Part shown: piece after piece, positions 21,110 to 34,403 of the stretch | Layout of the letters: the number at the start of each line of letters is the position of its first letter | Numbering within the stretch: the stretch's first letter is position 1 | From: an uncultured Gemmatimonadales bacterium | GTDB lineage: Bacteria > Gemmatimonadota > Gemmatimonadetes > Gemmatimonadales > GWC2-71-9 | Direction: 5' to 3' | DNA length: 64,000 bases | Assembly (NCBI GenBank): GCA_963844035.1 | Contig: CAWJMT010000004.1 | Span: 224,001 to 288,000 of the forward strand | Made by a program: the position numbers and the translations under genes | The notes under the pieces: generated by a model | What the model was told of the DNA's origin: nothing | The model's database searches: none | The model's input: the letters and a program-made list of their open reading frames with translations, nothing else

Positions 21110-22276
21110 GCCAGATACCTTGTGGCCGCCTGCGTGACCGGCAGCGTGACTGTGAACGTCGCACCGTTGCCGACGGTGCTGGTCGCGGCGATCGTGCCGC
21201 CGTGCCGCTCGACGATCCTTCGGCAAAGCGCCAGACCAATGCCCGAGCCTTCATACTGCGCCCGGCCGTGGAGTCGCACGAACATTCCAAAGATCTTTCC
21301 CGCGTGCTTCTCGTCGAACCCGATCCCGTTGTCCGTCACGGTGATCGCACGGTACTGGGCGTCGGGGCTCGAACAGCTGAGCCGGACGACCAGCGGCGTG
21401 TCCTTCCGGCGGTACTTGAGCGAATTGCCGAGCAGGTTCTGCAGCAGCTGGCGCATCTGGAGCGGATCGGCAGCGATCACCGGCAGCGCCCCAACCTCCA
21501 CGCGGCCGCCCGACTCCGCGATGGCCGTCTCGAGGTCGGCGATAACCTCTCGGGCAATTCGGGCAAGGTCTGTGGAGACGAACGGCTGGACTCGAGTGCT
21601 CACCTGCGAATACAGGAGCAGGTCGCTGATCAGGGTTCGCATGCGGGCGGCTGCGCTGAGCATGCGTGCGAGGTACTCCTTAGCATTGCCTTCGAGCGCC
21701 GGCCCCGCGGACGTGCTCAGCAGGTCCCCGAACGACAGGATCTTGCGCAGGGGTTCCTGCAGATCATGCGACGCGACAGACGCGAACTCGTCCAGCGCCG
21801 CGTTCGAGCGCTGCAGCTCGCGGTGCTGCTCCGCCAGGCGCCATTCCGTGAGGCGGCGTTCCGTGACGTCTTCAATCGCCAGCAGGATGATACGCGGAAC
21901 GTTCGGTCCTTGGGACACGAGCCGGGCGTTGAGCAGCATGATCTTGCGGCCGATACCGGGAAACTCGTGAATCGACGTCGAAATCGTTCAGGTGCGGTTC
22001 CACCGCGAGCTTGTCGCGCAGCAGCTCGCGGAGGGGCGCAATGTCCCATTGGCCGTCGCCGAGCGTGAAGAGGACCTCGCCGATCGTGTCCTGGGGCTCC
22101 ACGCGAAAGGTGCGAAAGAACGCGCGATTCGCCTGGGTGACGCGAAATTCGGCGTCCAGGACGATGAGGGGCTCCCGGACCGTGTCGATGATATCGAGCA
22201 GCAGGCGCTGGGCGGCGGGCACATCGCGCGCCGCCGCGTCGGAGTAGGTCGGTGTTAAGGTCTCGATGTCCGGCAC
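21106..22276 (-). CDS. PAS-domain sensor histidine kinase (frameshift ~21965)
   Basis: IIDTVREPLIVLD..ANRAF PAS; FASVASHDLQEPLRKI; NLLGNSLKY; GSGIGLA. Confidence 0.9.
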
Positions 22277-22444
22277 AGCCGTCCCCCTCGATCAGCCCGG
22301 GACGTAGGGTACCGTAACCAGAGGACGGGAGCCATCGCCCATTGGAGTTAATCGTGCTCAACCACCTGCAGCCTCAGGGCTTATGCCCCGATACGATCAC
22401 CGGGACCCGGAACGATCCACGTCCTCACGCTGCAGGCCGGGGCA

Positions 22445-24066
22445 CTAGGCAGTACGCGCTGTTATCCACTCCCGCGCCGCGTCGATCTCGCCTTCGGTCA
22501 CCCCATGACCGCCGGGCTCCCAGTGGAGCGTGACGGCGGCCCCCGCCTGGCGGAGCAACTCCGCGAGCCGCTCCGCTTGCGCGACGGGAACCATCGGGTC
22601 TGTACGCCCTGCCCCGATGAACACGGCGGTGCCCGCGAGCCCGGGCAGCGGATCCGGCTCGAACGGCACCATAGGACTCAAGAGCACCGCGCGGCGCAGT
22701 AGCCCGGGGCGCCGCAGCAGTAGACTCGCGGCGATGTTCGCGCCGTTCGAGAACCCCACCGCTACAATGCCGTCGCGATCGAGCGTGTACGTCTTGGCGG
22801 CGCCCGCGATGAACTCCGCCAGCTCCTCGGTGCGGCGCGCCAGATCCTCCTGGTCGAACACGCCCTCGGCGATGCGCCGGAAGAACCGCGGCGCGCCACG
22901 CTCGAGCACCTTGCCGCGGGGGCTCAATAGCCCGGCCCCCGGGAGCAGCGCCCGCCCCAGCGGGATGAGGTCTTCCTCGTCGCCGCCAGTCCCGTGCAAG
23001 AGCAGCAGGGTGGTCCGGCCCGCACGCTCGGCCCTCGCGGTGGGTGGGAGGTAGCGATGGATGAACCCGAGCGCATCAGCGCTCACGTCCTCGGGGCCCG
23101 TCGCGCTGTTCAGGAGCGCGGCGGCGGATTCGGGAGCGGGAAGGTGAATCGACGGCAGGATGGCCTCGATCTCCGGGCGGTGCGCCTCGTACTGGGGCGG
23201 CAGCATCAGCCGCTCCCCCAAGCGCTCGACCGGCTCGTCGATTGCGAAGCCGGGCGGGTCGGTCGCGACCTCGAACAACACGCCCCCTGGCTCCCGGAAA
23301 TAGACGGAGTGGAAGTACTGCCGGTCGATCACGGGCGTAGGGCTCATGCCCGCCTTCACGACCTGCTCCCGCACAGCGAGCTGCCCGGCGTCATCAGCCA
23401 CGCGCCAGGCCACGTGGTGCACCGTCCCCGCCCCGCCCGCGCCGCGCACAAAGCCGCCGACGGAGCGCACGTCCACGATCGTTCCCGGCCCGCCATCGCC
23501 GACCGCAAAGCGGCGGGTGGTGCCGTCTTCGCTCACCTGGCGGAAACCGAGCGTATCTACCAGGACCTGTTCCGTGTCGGTCGCCTCGCTCGACCCACAG
23601 GGTCACACCGTGAAACCCGTGGATCGCGTGCTCACGCGCAATGCCGGCGTGCGTCGCCCCAGGCGGACCTGGCTTCGGCGCCGGAATGGCCCACGATCTC
23701 GAGCATCGACCCGTCAGGGTCTGCGAAGGAGATGACCTGCTTGGTCGGCCCCTGGTACTTGATCCCATGGCGCAGCAACCGCTCGACCCAGAATCCCAGC
23801 GCGCGCGGGAGCACGGCGAACGATGTGACGGCGACCTGCCCCGTCCCGTGGCGCCCGCGCCGGGCGCCGGGCCACGGAAAGAAGGTCATGATGCTGCCTG
23901 GGTGGCCGACGTCGTCGCCGAAGTAGAAGTGGTAGGTCTCGGGATCGTCGAAGTTCACCGTGCGCTTGACGAGGCGTAGGCCGAGTACGCCCACGTAGAA
24001 ATCGAGGTTGCGCTGCGGGTCGCTCGCGATCGCGGTGACGTGATGGATGCCGAGGACGCTGGTCAC
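22445..24066 (-). CDS. ring-cleaving dioxygenase (MhqO/MhqE-like VOC) fused to an alpha/beta hydrolase (MhqD-like); N-terminal frameshifts
   Basis: GIHHVTAI, VKRTVNFDDP, HHVAWR, DRQYFHSVYFREPGGVLFE, then in the same ORF LLLHGTGGDE, GFSNGAN. Confidence 0.88.
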
Positions 24067-24071
24067 GGGCG

Positions 24072-25348
24072 CTACGGTGTCGCTTCAGCTCCCGCGTGGC
24101 GCCCGCCGCGCCACGCGGCATACGTCCAGATGAGCCCTCCCACGAGCACCGCGACCGGGATGATCAAGACCGCCTCAGTGAGGGACGTCCGGTCCGAGAG
24201 GATCCCCAGTAAGGCAGGCGAGGGCACGTCGCCGAGCGCGTGAATCGCGAAGATGCTCGCGGCGATGGCGGTGGCGCGCATCTCGGGGGAGACGAGGTTG
24301 ATGATGGCGGAGTTGATCGGGCCCGTGGTAGCGAACAACAGCAGCTCGGCTGCGACGATACCACCCCAATATGCCAACGGATCGGGCGAGCTGAGCGCGA
24401 CCAGGGCGCAGGGTGCGGCCAGGAGCGTCACCACGCCCGACACCCAGAGGTACGACTGCTTGGTGAATCGCAGCAGATAGTCACCTACCCAGCCGCCCAC
24501 AAACGTCCCGACGAACCCGGTCCCGACGAGGATCGAGACCGAACCACGTGGTCGCCGCACCTTCGGGGATGCCCCGCACCCGGATGAGGAACTTCGGCAT
24601 GAACGCGGCCATGCCGCCCAGCGCGAACGTGTAGGCGGCGTACCCGAGCACGGTCAGGAGGTATGGACGATTGCGGCGCAGCACCGCGTAGGCCGTGCGC
24701 ACGCCAGCCCAGGCGGTGGAGGCGAGCGGCGCTACGGCAGGCCGGGGATCGTTGACGCCGCGCGGCGGGTCGTACAGCCGCAGCGCCAGGAATGCGAGCA
24801 CGATACCTGGGAGCCCCGCCACGAAGAACGCGTTCCGCCACCCGAAGTGGACGTCGATCTGGCCGCTGACGATGTAGCCCAGGGCCGACCCGATCGGGAT
24901 CGCCGCGAAGAATATCGAGAAGATTCGCCCGCGATGCGACCGCGGGTAGTAGTCGGAGATCAGCGTCGGCGCGATGGTCCCGTAGGCCGCTTCGCCGATG
25001 CCGACGGCGGCACGCGCCACGAGCAGGCTCGCGAAGCTCCACGCGATTCCGCCCGCCACCGTGGCGAGGCTCCAGAGCAACACGCCGAGCGCAATGAGCC
25101 GCGGACGCGATCGCGTGTCGCCCAGCGCCCCGAAGATCGGCGCCGCGACCATGTAGACGATGATGAAACCGCTGATCAGCAGGCCGAACTGGGTGTCGCT
25201 GATCCCGAGCGACGAGTGCCGGAGGCTCTCGCTCAGACGCCGCGGGCACGTAGCGATCCAGGTAGTTGAGCAGGTTGATCGCCGTGAGGATCACGAGACC
25301 ACGGCGCGCGAGGCGCCCGGAATCGGTCACGACGGCGGGCCCGCTCAT
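24072..25348 (-). CDS. MFS transporter, spinster-like (two frameshifts)
   Basis: NLLNYLDRY, RAAVGIGEAAY.TIAPTLISDYYP, IHALGDVPSP. Confidence 0.88.
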
Positions 25349-25370
25349 CGAGCGATAGGGGAGGTCCCGG

Positions 25371-27576
25371 CTACAGGTTCTTTTGCAGCCACTCGGTGAG
25401 CAACCCGAAGACGTTTTCGCTCGTGTTGCCGCCGGAGATGGAATGGGTCTTGTTCGGGTAGATGCGCAGATCGAACTGCTTGTTGGCGCGCTCCAGGCGC
25501 TGCACCATCTGGATGGTGTTCTGGAAGTGCACGTTGTCGTCCCCCGTGCCGTGGACCAGCAACAGACGGCCCTTCAAGCTGTCGGCGTACGCCATCGAGG
25601 AGCCTTCGTCGTAGCCATCGGGATTCTCCGCCGGCGTCAGCATGTAGCGCTCGGTGTAGATCGTGTCGTACAGGCGCCAGTCGGCGACCGGGGCGACCGC
25701 GATCGCCGCCCTGAACACGCCGCCCCCCACGAACAGGGTGCGCGACGCGACGTACCCGCCGTAGCTCCAGCCCCACAGTCCGATGCGAGCCGGATCGACG
25801 TAGGGAAGTGCGCCGAAGTAGCGCGCCGCGGCGATCTGGTCCGCGGATTCGAAGCGACCGAGATGGAGGTACACCTGGCGCTTGAAGCGCGCGCCGCGCC
25901 CGCCCGTGCCCCGGTTGTCGACGCTCGCGACCAGGTAGCCGTCGCGCGCCAGCTTCTGGAACCACAGGTAGTACGCCCCGCCCCACGCGTCCAGCACGGT
26001 TTGGGATCCCGGCCCTCCGTACGCCCACATGAGCAGCGGGTAGCGCTTCGCGGGATCGAAGTTCCGCGGCTTGATCACCGACGCGTTCAACACGGTCCCG
26101 TCCGACAGACGAATCTTCGTGAACTCCGGGGGTGCCAGGCCGAGCGCGGCAACCTTCGCCAGCGCCGCGCGGTTGTCGGCGAGGGTCCGCACGACGCTGC
26201 CATCCGCGCGGCGCAGCACCTGCACCGGCGGCACACCCGCCCGCGAGTAGGTGTCCAGGTACCACCGGCAGGTGAGATCGAGCTCGATGTTGTGGGTTCC
26301 CGAATCGGTCGAGATCCGCGTGAGGCCCCGGCCGTCGAGCCCGATCCGGAGAAACGGACGGGTGAGCGGACCGTCGATCGTGCTGCTGAAGTACAGGGTC
26401 CGCGCTTTCTCATCCACGCCGTGCACGGTCGTGACATCCCAGTCGCCGGGGGTCACGCGGCGGACCAGCGCTCCGGCGCGCGTATAGAGGTAGACGTGCG
26501 AGTACCCGTCGCGATCGCTTTCGAACAGGAACTGCTTGCCGCCGTCGATCCAGAGCGGCCGATGTCCGTACTCCACCCACGCCGAATCGGTGTCGGTCAT
26601 GATGACGCGTGACGGAGCCGGTCTTCGCGTCGGCCAGGATCAGGTCCAGGCGGTTCTGATGGCGGTTGAGCCGGGTGAGCCAGACCTCGGCCGGCGCGTC
26701 GGCGAAATCCATCGCCGGCACGTAGATGTCGGTTTCGGCGCCGAGGTCGATCCAGGTCGTGCGGCCGGTTGCGAGCTCCACCACGCCGATCTGCACCTTG
26801 GAGTTCGGCGTCCCCGTCTTGGGATACCGCACCGGCATGAGCACCGGGTAGAGCGAGTCGGCATTGAGCAGGAAGAACGGCCGCACCGCCGTCTGGTCTA
26901 ACCGCCAGAACGCGATCCGCTGGCCATCCGGACTCCAGCGAAAGGCGTCGCGCAGGTCGAGCTCCTCCTCGTACGCCCAGTCGGTCGTGCCGTTGATGAT
27001 GTTCTCGTCCCCATCGGTCGTGAGTGCGGTCTCCGCGCCCGTGGCGAGGTCGGTCACGAATACGTTGTTGTCACGCACGAAGCCGACCTGTCGCCCGTCC
27101 GGGGACAGCTTCGCGAACATCTGGTAGCCGGGCTTGGTGCTGATGGGCAGGAGGCGCTTGGCGGTGAAATCCCAGACGAAGAAGGTGCCCTTGGTGCGCT
27201 GCCGCCAGACGCGCGCCGAATTGGTGAAGATGAGAAGCTTCGTGGCGTCCTTCGAGAACTGGTAACTCTCGACGTCGATCGCGTCCCGTCCGCCCGCGGG
27301 AACGAGGTCCTCCCCGCGCACCAGGAGCGTGCGGCCGCCGCTCGCCGCATCGACCCGGTACAGGTTGGTCTGTCCGGCGCTGTCGTCGAGGACGGTGTAC
27401 GCCGAGCCGTCCCGCATCCACTGGATGTCGACGAGATCGTTCGCAAACTCCCGTGAGGCGAAAATCGAGCGGACCGATAGCTCCGGCGCCTGGCCCGCGA
27501 GCGGCGACGCCAGCTGCACCAGCAAACCAAAGACGAGGCCGCGTACCGGCCGTCGGCGACTCGGCGCGAAGGTCAT
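25371..27576 (-). CDS. dipeptidyl peptidase IV, S9B family (frameshift ~26610)
   Basis: DWAYEEE, YGGPGSQ, GWSYGG nucleophile elbow, YDTIYTERYM, HGTGDDNVH. Confidence 0.93.
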
Positions 27577-27653
27577 GAGAACCACCAATCAACAAGGATA
27601 TGGGAACGCCAAACTTAGCCGCCCAACGGGCGCGCGAGCGAGTCCTGGTGCCC

Positions 27654-27683
27654 TTGACGGGCTTCGAAACGGGCGGGTATATT
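27654..27683 (+). promoter_or_regulatory. sigma70-type promoter of the gltBD leader
   Basis: TTGACG, 18-nt spacer, TATATT. Confidence 0.6.
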
Positions 27684-27694
27684 TATCCCGCACA

Positions 27695-27878
27695 ATGCAT
27701 AATCATACGTTCTAACTAATACCGTGAGGCTGGGGCTCAACGTCGCTGTGCATACACCACAGGTTGCTGATACGTCGACTCCGAAGCCGGACATTTCCCC
27801 CAGTGGGAGCGACCGGGTGGTGTAGCACGCAGTCAAGGTAAATCCCCGGCCCGCTCCCAACGGAGCGGGTCTTTTTTT
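27695..27878 (+). promoter_or_regulatory. putative leader-peptide transcription attenuator
   Basis: Short ORF ending ...GSDRVV-TAG (27825); GGGAGCGACCGGG (27805-27817) is complementary to CCCGG-cc-CGCTCCC (27845-27858), which overlaps the terminator GGCCCGCTCC-caac-GGAGCGGGTC-T7. Confidence 0.7.
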
Positions 27879-27905
27879 GTTTCGCGCGGACTGTAAGGAG
27901 CGGGC

Positions 27906-30900
27906 ATGAGCGAGGTGGACGAACCGCAAGGACTCTACGCCCCCGGCGACGAGCACGACGCCTGCGGTGTCGGTTTCGTCGTCCACACCAAGGGGGAGAA
28001 GTCCCACGACATCGTCGTGAAGGCGCTGCAGGTTCTCATCAACCTGGAGCATCGGGGAGCATGCGGCTGTGAGGCGAACACCGGCGACGGCGCGGGCATT
28101 CTCGTCCAAGTCCCGGATGGCTTCCTGCGCGCGGTGCTCCCGTTCGAGCTGCCGCCGCTCGGCCAGTACGGCGCGGGCCTCGTGTTCCTGCCGCACGACG
28201 CGCGCAGCCGCAACACCGTCAAGGCGCTCCTCGAGAAGATCGCCGCCGAGGAAGGTCAGCAGGTGCTCGGCTGGCGGGCCGTTCCGACCGACGACCGGCT
28301 GGTTGGCGACAGCGCCAGGGCGGCGGAGCCGATGTTCGAGCAGGTCTTCATCGCGGCGGGCCCGTCTCTCCGCACCGCCGGATCGCGCGCCAGCTTCGAG
28401 CGGAAGCTCTACGTCATCCGCAAGCGGGTCGAGCACGCCGTCGACGCGCTGGAGATGAACGCGCTCTCGCGGCGCTCGTTCTACATCGTCAGCCTGTCGT
28501 CGAACACGCTGATCTACAAGGGCATGCTCCAGGCCAAGCAGCTGAGCCCCATGTTCCCGGACCTGGCCGACCCGCGCGTGACGTCCGCGCTCGCACTGGT
28601 CCACCAGCGGTTCAGCACCAACACGTTCCCGTCGTGGCCCCTGGCGCATCCCTATCGGCTGATCGCCCACAACGGCGAGATCAACACGCTCCGCGGCAAC
28701 ATCAACTGGATGCGGGCGCGCGAGAGTCTGCTCCAGAGCGACGTCCTCGGCGACGACCTGAAGAAGCTGCTGCCGATCATCCGCGAGGGGAACAGCGACA
28801 CGGCCACGTTCGACAACGTGCTCGAGCTGCTCGTGATGTCGGGGCGGTCGCTCCCGCACGCGCTGCTGATGATGATTCCCGAGCCGTGGAGCGGGAACCC
28901 CGCCATGAGCCCCGAGCGGCGTGCCTTTTACGAGTACCACTCGGCGCTGATGGAGCCGTGGGACGGGCCGGCGTCGATTGCGTTCAGCGACGGCACGGTC
29001 ATTGGCGCGGTGCTCGACCGGAACGGGCTCCGTCCGTCGCGCTACTACGTGACGAAGAACGATCTCGTGATCATGGCCTCGGAGGCCGGCGTGCTCGACG
29101 TGCCGCCCGAGGAGATCCTGGTCAAGGGGCGGCTCAGCCCGGGCAAGATCTTCCTCGTCGACACGGCGCAGGGACGCATCGTCGACGATGAGGAGATCAA
29201 GGGGACGCTCGCGGCCGAGCATCCGTACGGTGAGTGGCTGAAGACTCAGATGGTCGACATCGACGACTTCCCACCCGCGCGGGCAGAGCGGCCGGAGCAC
29301 GCGACCGTATTCAGCCGGCAGCAGGCCTTCGGGTACACCCAGGAGGATCTGCGTCTGATCATTGGGGCGATGGCGCTGACCGGCGAGGAGCCGATCGGCT
29401 CGATGGGGACCGACTCGGCCCTGGCCGTGCTGTCCGACAGGCCTCGGGTGCTGTACGACTACTTCAAGCAGATTTTCGCGCAGGTGACCAACCCCCCGCT
29501 CGACGCGATCCGGGAAGAGCTGGTCACGTCGATGGGGTCGACGATCGGGCCGGAGCGGAATCTGCTCAAGGCCGAGCCGGAGTCGTGCCGGCAGATCCAC
29601 ATCAAGTACCCGATCATCCACAACGAGGAGGTCGCGAAGCTGCGGCATCTGCCGCCGGACGTGCCGTTCCGCTCGACGACGCTCTCGATGCTATTCGACC
29701 CGTCGGGCGACGGCCCCGGCCTCGAGCAGGCGATGGCGGAGCTCTGCCGCCGGGCGAGTGAGGCAGTCGCCGCCGGGTTCGACATTCTCATCCTGTCCGA
29801 CCGCGGCGTGGGTCCGCGCCTCGCGCCCATCCCGAGCCTGCTGGCGACGGCCGGCGTGCACCACCACCTCGTGCGCGAGGGGACGCGGACGAAGTGCGGG
29901 CTCGTCATCGAGTCGGGCGATGCGCGCGAGGTGCACCACGTCTCGCTGCTGCTCGGCTACGGGGCGGGCGTGGTCAACCCGTACGTGGCGTTCGAGACGA
30001 TCGACGACATGATCCGGCAGGGCATGTTGCCGGGCATCGACCACGAGAAGGCGGTTCAGCACTACATCAAGGCGCTCAACAAGGGCGTTCTCAAGGTGAT
30101 GTCGAAGATGGGGATCTCGACGCTGCAGAGCTACTGCGGCGCGCAGATCTTTGAAGCGATCGGGCTCCACCAGGGGTTGATCGACCAGTACTTCACGCAC
30201 ACGACGTCACGCGTGGGCGGCGTGAAGATCGACGTCATCGCCGAGGAGGCGCGGCGCCGGCACGAGCGGGCGTTCGGCGGTCAGCCGCCTCGGCCGGCGG
30301 AGCTCGAGCCGGGCGGCGAGTACCAGTGGCGCCGGGACGGGGAGTATCACCTCTTCAACCCCGAGACCGTGTTCAAGCTGCAGCACGCGACCCGGTCGGG
30401 GCAGTACGACATCTTCAAGCAGTACACGCAGGCCGTGAACGTGCAGACCGAGCATCGGGCCACGTTGCGGGGGCTGTTCCGGCTGAAGCCGGCCGGGCCG
30501 GCCATCCCGATCGACGACGTCGAGCCGGTCGAGACGATCGTCAAGCGTTTCGCGACCGGTGCGATGTCGTACGGGTCGATTAGCGCCGAAGCGCACGAGA
30601 CGCTCGCCATCGCGATGAACCGCCTGGGCGGCAAGTCGAACACCGGCGAGGGCGGCGAGGACGCCGAGCGGTATGTGCCGCTCCCGAACGGCGATTCCAA
30701 ACGCAGCGCGATCAAGCAGGTGGCATCGGGGCGTTTCGGCGTCACGAGCGAGTACCTCGTCAACGCCGACGAGCTGCAGATCAAGATGGCGCAGGGAGCC
30801 AAGCCCGGCGAAGGCGGGCAGCTGCCCGGGCACAAGGTGTATCCGTGGATCGCGAAAACACGGCACTCCACGCCCGGCGTGGGCCTCATCTCGCCGCCGC

Positions 30901-32510
30901 CGCACCACGACATCTACTCGATCGAGGACCTGGCACAGCTGATCTTTGACCTGAAGAACTCGAACCCGACGGCACGGATCGCCGTCAAGCTCGTGTCGGA
31001 GGGGGGCGTCGGAACCGTGGCGGCGGGTGTGGCCAAGGCGCACGCGGACGTGGTGCTCATTTCCGGCCACGACGGCGGCACGGGGGCGTCCCCGCAGACG
31101 AGCTTGAAACACGCCGGGCTCCCCTGGGAGCTCGGCCTGGCCGAGACGCAGCAGGTGCTCGTGCTCAACAAGCTGCGGGATCGGATCACCGTCCAGGTCG
31201 ACGGCCAGATGAAGACCGGTCGAGACGTGGTGATTGGCGCGCTCCTCGGAGCCGAGGAGTACGGGTTCGCCACGGCGCCGCTGGTCGTCATGGGCTGCAT
31301 CATGATGCGCGTGTGCCACCTGAACACCTGCCCGGTGGGCATCGCGACGCAGGATCCCGAGCTGCGCCGGAAGTTCACCGGGAAACCCGAGTTCGTCGAG
31401 AACTTCTTCCGCTTCATCGCCCAAGAAGTGCGCGAGCTTATGGCGCAGCTCGGCTTCCGCACCATCGACGAGATGATCGGCAGGGCCGACTGTCTCGACA
31501 TCGAACGGGCCGTGGGGCACTGGAAAGCCAAGGGCCTGGCGCTCGAGCCGCTCCTGTACCAGCCGGACCAGCCGGCGTCGGTGGCGCGCCGCAAAGTGGT
31601 CGAGCAGGACCATGGTCTCGCGGGCCAGCTCGACCTCGAGCTGATTCGCGCGGCGGCCCCTGCGCTCGAGCACCGGTCACCCGTCGAGCTGAATGCCCGC
31701 ATTCGCAACTCCGACCGCACCGTCGGCACGAGGCTGGGCTACGAGCTCACGAAGCGCTACGGCGGAGCCGGGCTCCCCGACGACACGATCCGGATCACGT
31801 TCACCGGGTCGGCCGGCCAGAGCTTCGGGGCGTTCATCCCGCGCGGGATGACGCTCACCCTGGTCGGTGACGCCAACGATGGTCTCGGCAAGGGGCTGTC
31901 GGGCGGGAAGGTCGTCGTATATCCGCCCGCGCGCTCGACGTTCAAGGCGGAGGAGAACATCATCGTTGGCAACGTCGCGTTCTACGGCGCGACGGGCGGC
32001 GAGGGCTACGTCCGCGGCGTGGCCGGCGAGCGGTTCTGCGTGCGCAACAGCGGCGCGACCGTGGTCGTCGAGGGCATCGGCGATCACGGCTGCGAGTACA
32101 TGACCGGGGGTCGCGTGGTCGTGCTGGGGCGGACCGGGCGCAACTTTGCCGCAGGCATGAGCGGCGGCATCGGCTACGTGCTCGACGCCGATGGCGGCTT
32201 CGAGGGACGCTGCAATCGCGAGATGGTCGATCTGGAGCCGCTGATCGAGAGCGACGACGTCGATTTCCTCCGGGCCGCGATCAAGACGCACGTCAACCTC
32301 ACCGGCAGCCCGCTTGCCGAGCGCGTGCTCGCCGAATGGGAGACGATGCACCGGCGGTTCGTGAAGGTGATGCCGCGCGATTACAAGCGCGCGCTCGCCG
32401 AGCTGGCGACGCGGGAGCTGAACGCGCAGGTATTGGATGTCGCGGCGTCTCGCGTCACGCCGGCGGGCAGTCGGCTGGAGCCCGTGGGCGCGGAGCCAAC
32501 GCGTGGGTAA
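27906..32510 (+). CDS. gltB: glutamate synthase large subunit
   Basis: [52 protein letters not shown]; 1534 aa. Confidence 0.99.
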   Translation: MSEVDEPQGLYAPGDEHDACGVGFVVHTKGEKSHDIVVKALQVLINLEHRGACGCEANTGDGAGILVQVPDGFLRAVLPFELPPLGQYGAGLVFLPHDARSRNTVKALLEKIAAEEGQQVLGWRAVPTDDRLVGDSARAAEPMFEQVFIAAGPSLRTAGSRASFERKLYVIRKRVEHAVDALEMNALSRRSFYIVSLSSNTLIYKGMLQAKQLSPMFPDLADPRVTSALALVHQRFSTNTFPSWPLAHPYRLIAHNGEINTLRGNINWMRARESLLQSDVLGDDLKKLLPIIREGNSDTATFDNVLELLVMSGRSLPHALLMMIPEPWSGNPAMSPERRAFYEYHSALMEPWDGPASIAFSDGTVIGAVLDRNGLRPSRYYVTKNDLVIMASEAGVLDVPPEEILVKGRLSPGKIFLVDTAQGRIVDDEEIKGTLAAEHPYGEWLKTQMVDIDDFPPARAERPEHATVFSRQQAFGYTQEDLRLIIGAMALTGEEPIGSMGTDSALAVLSDRPRVLYDYFKQIFAQVTNPPLDAIREELVTSMGSTIGPERNLLKAEPESCRQIHIKYPIIHNEEVAKLRHLPPDVPFRSTTLSMLFDPSGDGPGLEQAMAELCRRASEAVAAGFDILILSDRGVGPRLAPIPSLLATAGVHHHLVREGTRTKCGLVIESGDAREVHHVSLLLGYGAGVVNPYVAFETIDDMIRQGMLPGIDHEKAVQHYIKALNKGVLKVMSKMGISTLQSYCGAQIFEAIGLHQGLIDQYFTHTTSRVGGVKIDVIAEEARRRHERAFGGQPPRPAELEPGGEYQWRRDGEYHLFNPETVFKLQHATRSGQYDIFKQYTQAVNVQTEHRATLRGLFRLKPAGPAIPIDDVEPVETIVKRFATGAMSYGSISAEAHETLAIAMNRLGGKSNTGEGGEDAERYVPLPNGDSKRSAIKQVASGRFGVTSEYLVNADELQIKMAQGAKPGEGGQLPGHKVYPWIAKTRHSTPGVGLISPPPHHDIYSIEDLAQLIFDLKNSNPTARIAVKLVSEGGVGTVAAGVAKAHADVVLISGHDGGTGASPQTSLKHAGLPWELGLAETQQVLVLNKLRDRITVQVDGQMKTGRDVVIGALLGAEEYGFATAPLVVMGCIMMRVCHLNTCPVGIATQDPELRRKFTGKPEFVENFFRFIAQEVRELMAQLGFRTIDEMIGRADCLDIERAVGHWKAKGLALEPLLYQPDQPASVARRKVVEQDHGLAGQLDLELIRAAAPALEHRSPVELNARIRNSDRTVGTRLGYELTKRYGGAGLPDDTIRITFTGSAGQSFGAFIPRGMTLTLVGDANDGLGKGLSGGKVVVYPPARSTFKAEENIIVGNVAFYGATGGEGYVRGVAGERFCVRNSGATVVVEGIGDHGCEYMTGGRVVVLGRTGRNFAAGMSGGIGYVLDADGGFEGRCNREMVDLEPLIESDDVDFLRAAIKTHVNLTGSPLAERVLAEWETMHRRFVKVMPRDYKRALAELATRELNAQVLDVAASRVTPAGSRLEPVGAEPTRG

Positions 32511-33957
32511 GGCTACCGGTTTCATCGAAATCCGGCGCAAGAAGCACCCCACCCGACCGGTGGAGGAACGCGTGCAGGACTGGCAGGAGGTGTATCTGCC
32601 GGTTGCGCAGGCCGATCTTGAGGCCCAGGGCGCCCGCTGCATGGACTGCGGCGTGCCCTTCTGTCATCAGGGTTGCCCGCTCGGCAACCTGATCCCCGAC
32701 TGGAACGATCTCGTCTACCGCGATCGCTGGCGCGCGGCGATCGACCGCCTGCACGCCACGAACAACTTCCCGGAGTTCACCGGGAGGCTGTGCCCGGCTC
32801 CGTGTGAGGGGTCGTGCGTCCTCGCGATCAACGACGACCCAGTGACGATCAAGTCCATCGAGGTCTCCATCATCGACCGGGCGTTCGCCGAGGGGTGGGT
32901 GACGGCCAGCGCGCCGACGAACCGCACGTGGAAGAACGTGGCGATTGTGGGATCGGGCCCGGCGGGTCTTGCCGCGGCCGAACAGCTGAACCGCGCCGGG
33001 CATACGGTGACGGTGTTCGAGAAGTCCGACCGCATCGGGGGACTGCTCCGCTACGGCATCCCCGAATTCAAGATGGAGAAGCGGATCCTCGATCGGCGGC
33101 TCGCCCTGCTCGAGGCCGACGGAGTGGCGTTTCGTCCGGGCGTGAATGTCGGCGTCGACGTCACGGCCGACTGGCTGCGTGCGAATCACGACGCCGTTCT
33201 CCTGGCGGGAGGAGCGGGCCAGCCCCGGGACCTGCAGGTGCCCGGGCGCGATCTGCAGGGCATCCATTTCGCGATGGAGTACCTGACGCTGCAGAATCGC
33301 CGCTGCGAGGGCGACACGATCCCCGACGCCGATTTCATCACCGCGGCGGGCAAGCACGTCATCATCATCGGCGGCGGCGACACGGGCGCCGATTGCCTCG
33401 GCACCGCGCATCGGCAGGGTGCGCGCTCCGTGCACCAGCTCGAGTTGCTGCCCAAGCCGCCTCAGACGCGCGCACCGAACAACCCGTGGCCGGAATGGCC
33501 GAACGTCTTCCGCGTGTCGACGGCGCACGAGGAGGGGGGCGAGCGCCTCTATGCCATCTCCACCGAGCGCTTCAGCGGCGACGCGAGCGGGCGCGTGACG
33601 ACGCTCCACGGCATGAAGGTGGAGATGGTTCGCGAGGGCGGACAGACGCGCTTCGTGGCGCAGCCGGGGAGCGACTTCGAGCTGAAGGCCGACCTCGTGC
33701 TGCTCGCGATGGGCTTCGTCGGCCCGGAGCCGGGACCGCTCCTGAGCGAGCTCGGCGTGCGCAAGAGCGACCGCGGCAACGTCGCGCGCGACGCCCGCTG
33801 GATGACGAACGTGCCCGGCGTATTCACCGCCGGCGACATGCAACGCGGCCAGTCACTCGTCGTGTGGGCGATTGCCGAAGGCCGCAGCGCGGCCCGCGCC
33901 ATCGACGAGCACTTGATGGGCGCGTCGCAATTGGCGGCGCCACTCGGCACACGCTAG
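32503..33957 (+). CDS. gltD: glutamate synthase small subunit
   Basis: [54 protein letters not shown]. Confidence 0.98.
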   Translation: MGKATGFIEIRRKKHPTRPVEERVQDWQEVYLPVAQADLEAQGARCMDCGVPFCHQGCPLGNLIPDWNDLVYRDRWRAAIDRLHATNNFPEFTGRLCPAPCEGSCVLAINDDPVTIKSIEVSIIDRAFAEGWVTASAPTNRTWKNVAIVGSGPAGLAAAEQLNRAGHTVTVFEKSDRIGGLLRYGIPEFKMEKRILDRRLALLEADGVAFRPGVNVGVDVTADWLRANHDAVLLAGGAGQPRDLQVPGRDLQGIHFAMEYLTLQNRRCEGDTIPDADFITAAGKHVIIIGGGDTGADCLGTAHRQGARSVHQLELLPKPPQTRAPNNPWPEWPNVFRVSTAHEEGGERLYAISTERFSGDASGRVTTLHGMKVEMVREGGQTRFVAQPGSDFELKADLVLLAMGFVGPEPGPLLSELGVRKSDRGNVARDARWMTNVPGVFTAGDMQRGQSLVVWAIAEGRSAARAIDEHLMGASQLAAPLGTR

Positions 33958-33988
33958 AATCCTGCACCCCCTGAGCGAGGCGCGCACC

Positions 33989-34402
33989 ATGTCCGAAATG
34001 ATTCGCAAGGTCGACTACTACTACGCCACCACGTCGGACAAGCCGGGCGAGGGAACTCGTCTGCTCACAATCCTGAAGCAGGCCGGCGTCGGCCTGCTGG
34101 CGCTGCACGGGTTCCCGAGCGCCCGCAAGGCCCAGATCGATTTCGTACCGACCGACCCCGCCGCGTTCGTCGCGGCCGCCAAGGGCGCCAAGATCAAGCT
34201 GAGCAAGGCGAAGACGGCGTTCCTGGTCGAGGGAGACGACCGGGTGGGAGCGGTGGAGGGCGTGATGTCCCGGCTCAGCTCGGCCAAGATCAACATCACG
34301 GCGATCACCGGCGTGTGCGCCGGCATGGGGCGGTATGGCGCGATTCTCTGGGTGCAGCCGAAGGACGTGAAGAAAGCCGCCGCAGCGCTCGGCGCGATGT
34401 AG
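33989..34402 (+). CDS. tandem ACT-domain protein
   Basis: DKPGEG..LL..L and DDRVGAV...L...KINI, two ACT-like halves. Confidence 0.75.
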   Translation: MSEMIRKVDYYYATTSDKPGEGTRLLTILKQAGVGLLALHGFPSARKAQIDFVPTDPAAFVAAAKGAKIKLSKAKTAFLVEGDDRVGAVEGVMSRLSSAKINITAITGVCAGMGRYGAILWVQPKDVKKAAAALGAM

Positions 34403-34403
34403 T

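Noticed and set aside
27615..33843. Long antisense and alternate-frame ORFs over gltBD (and similarly over argJ, ECF42, htrA)
   Set aside because: Shadow ORFs expected in high-GC coding DNA; Arg/Pro-rich with no recognisable motifs.
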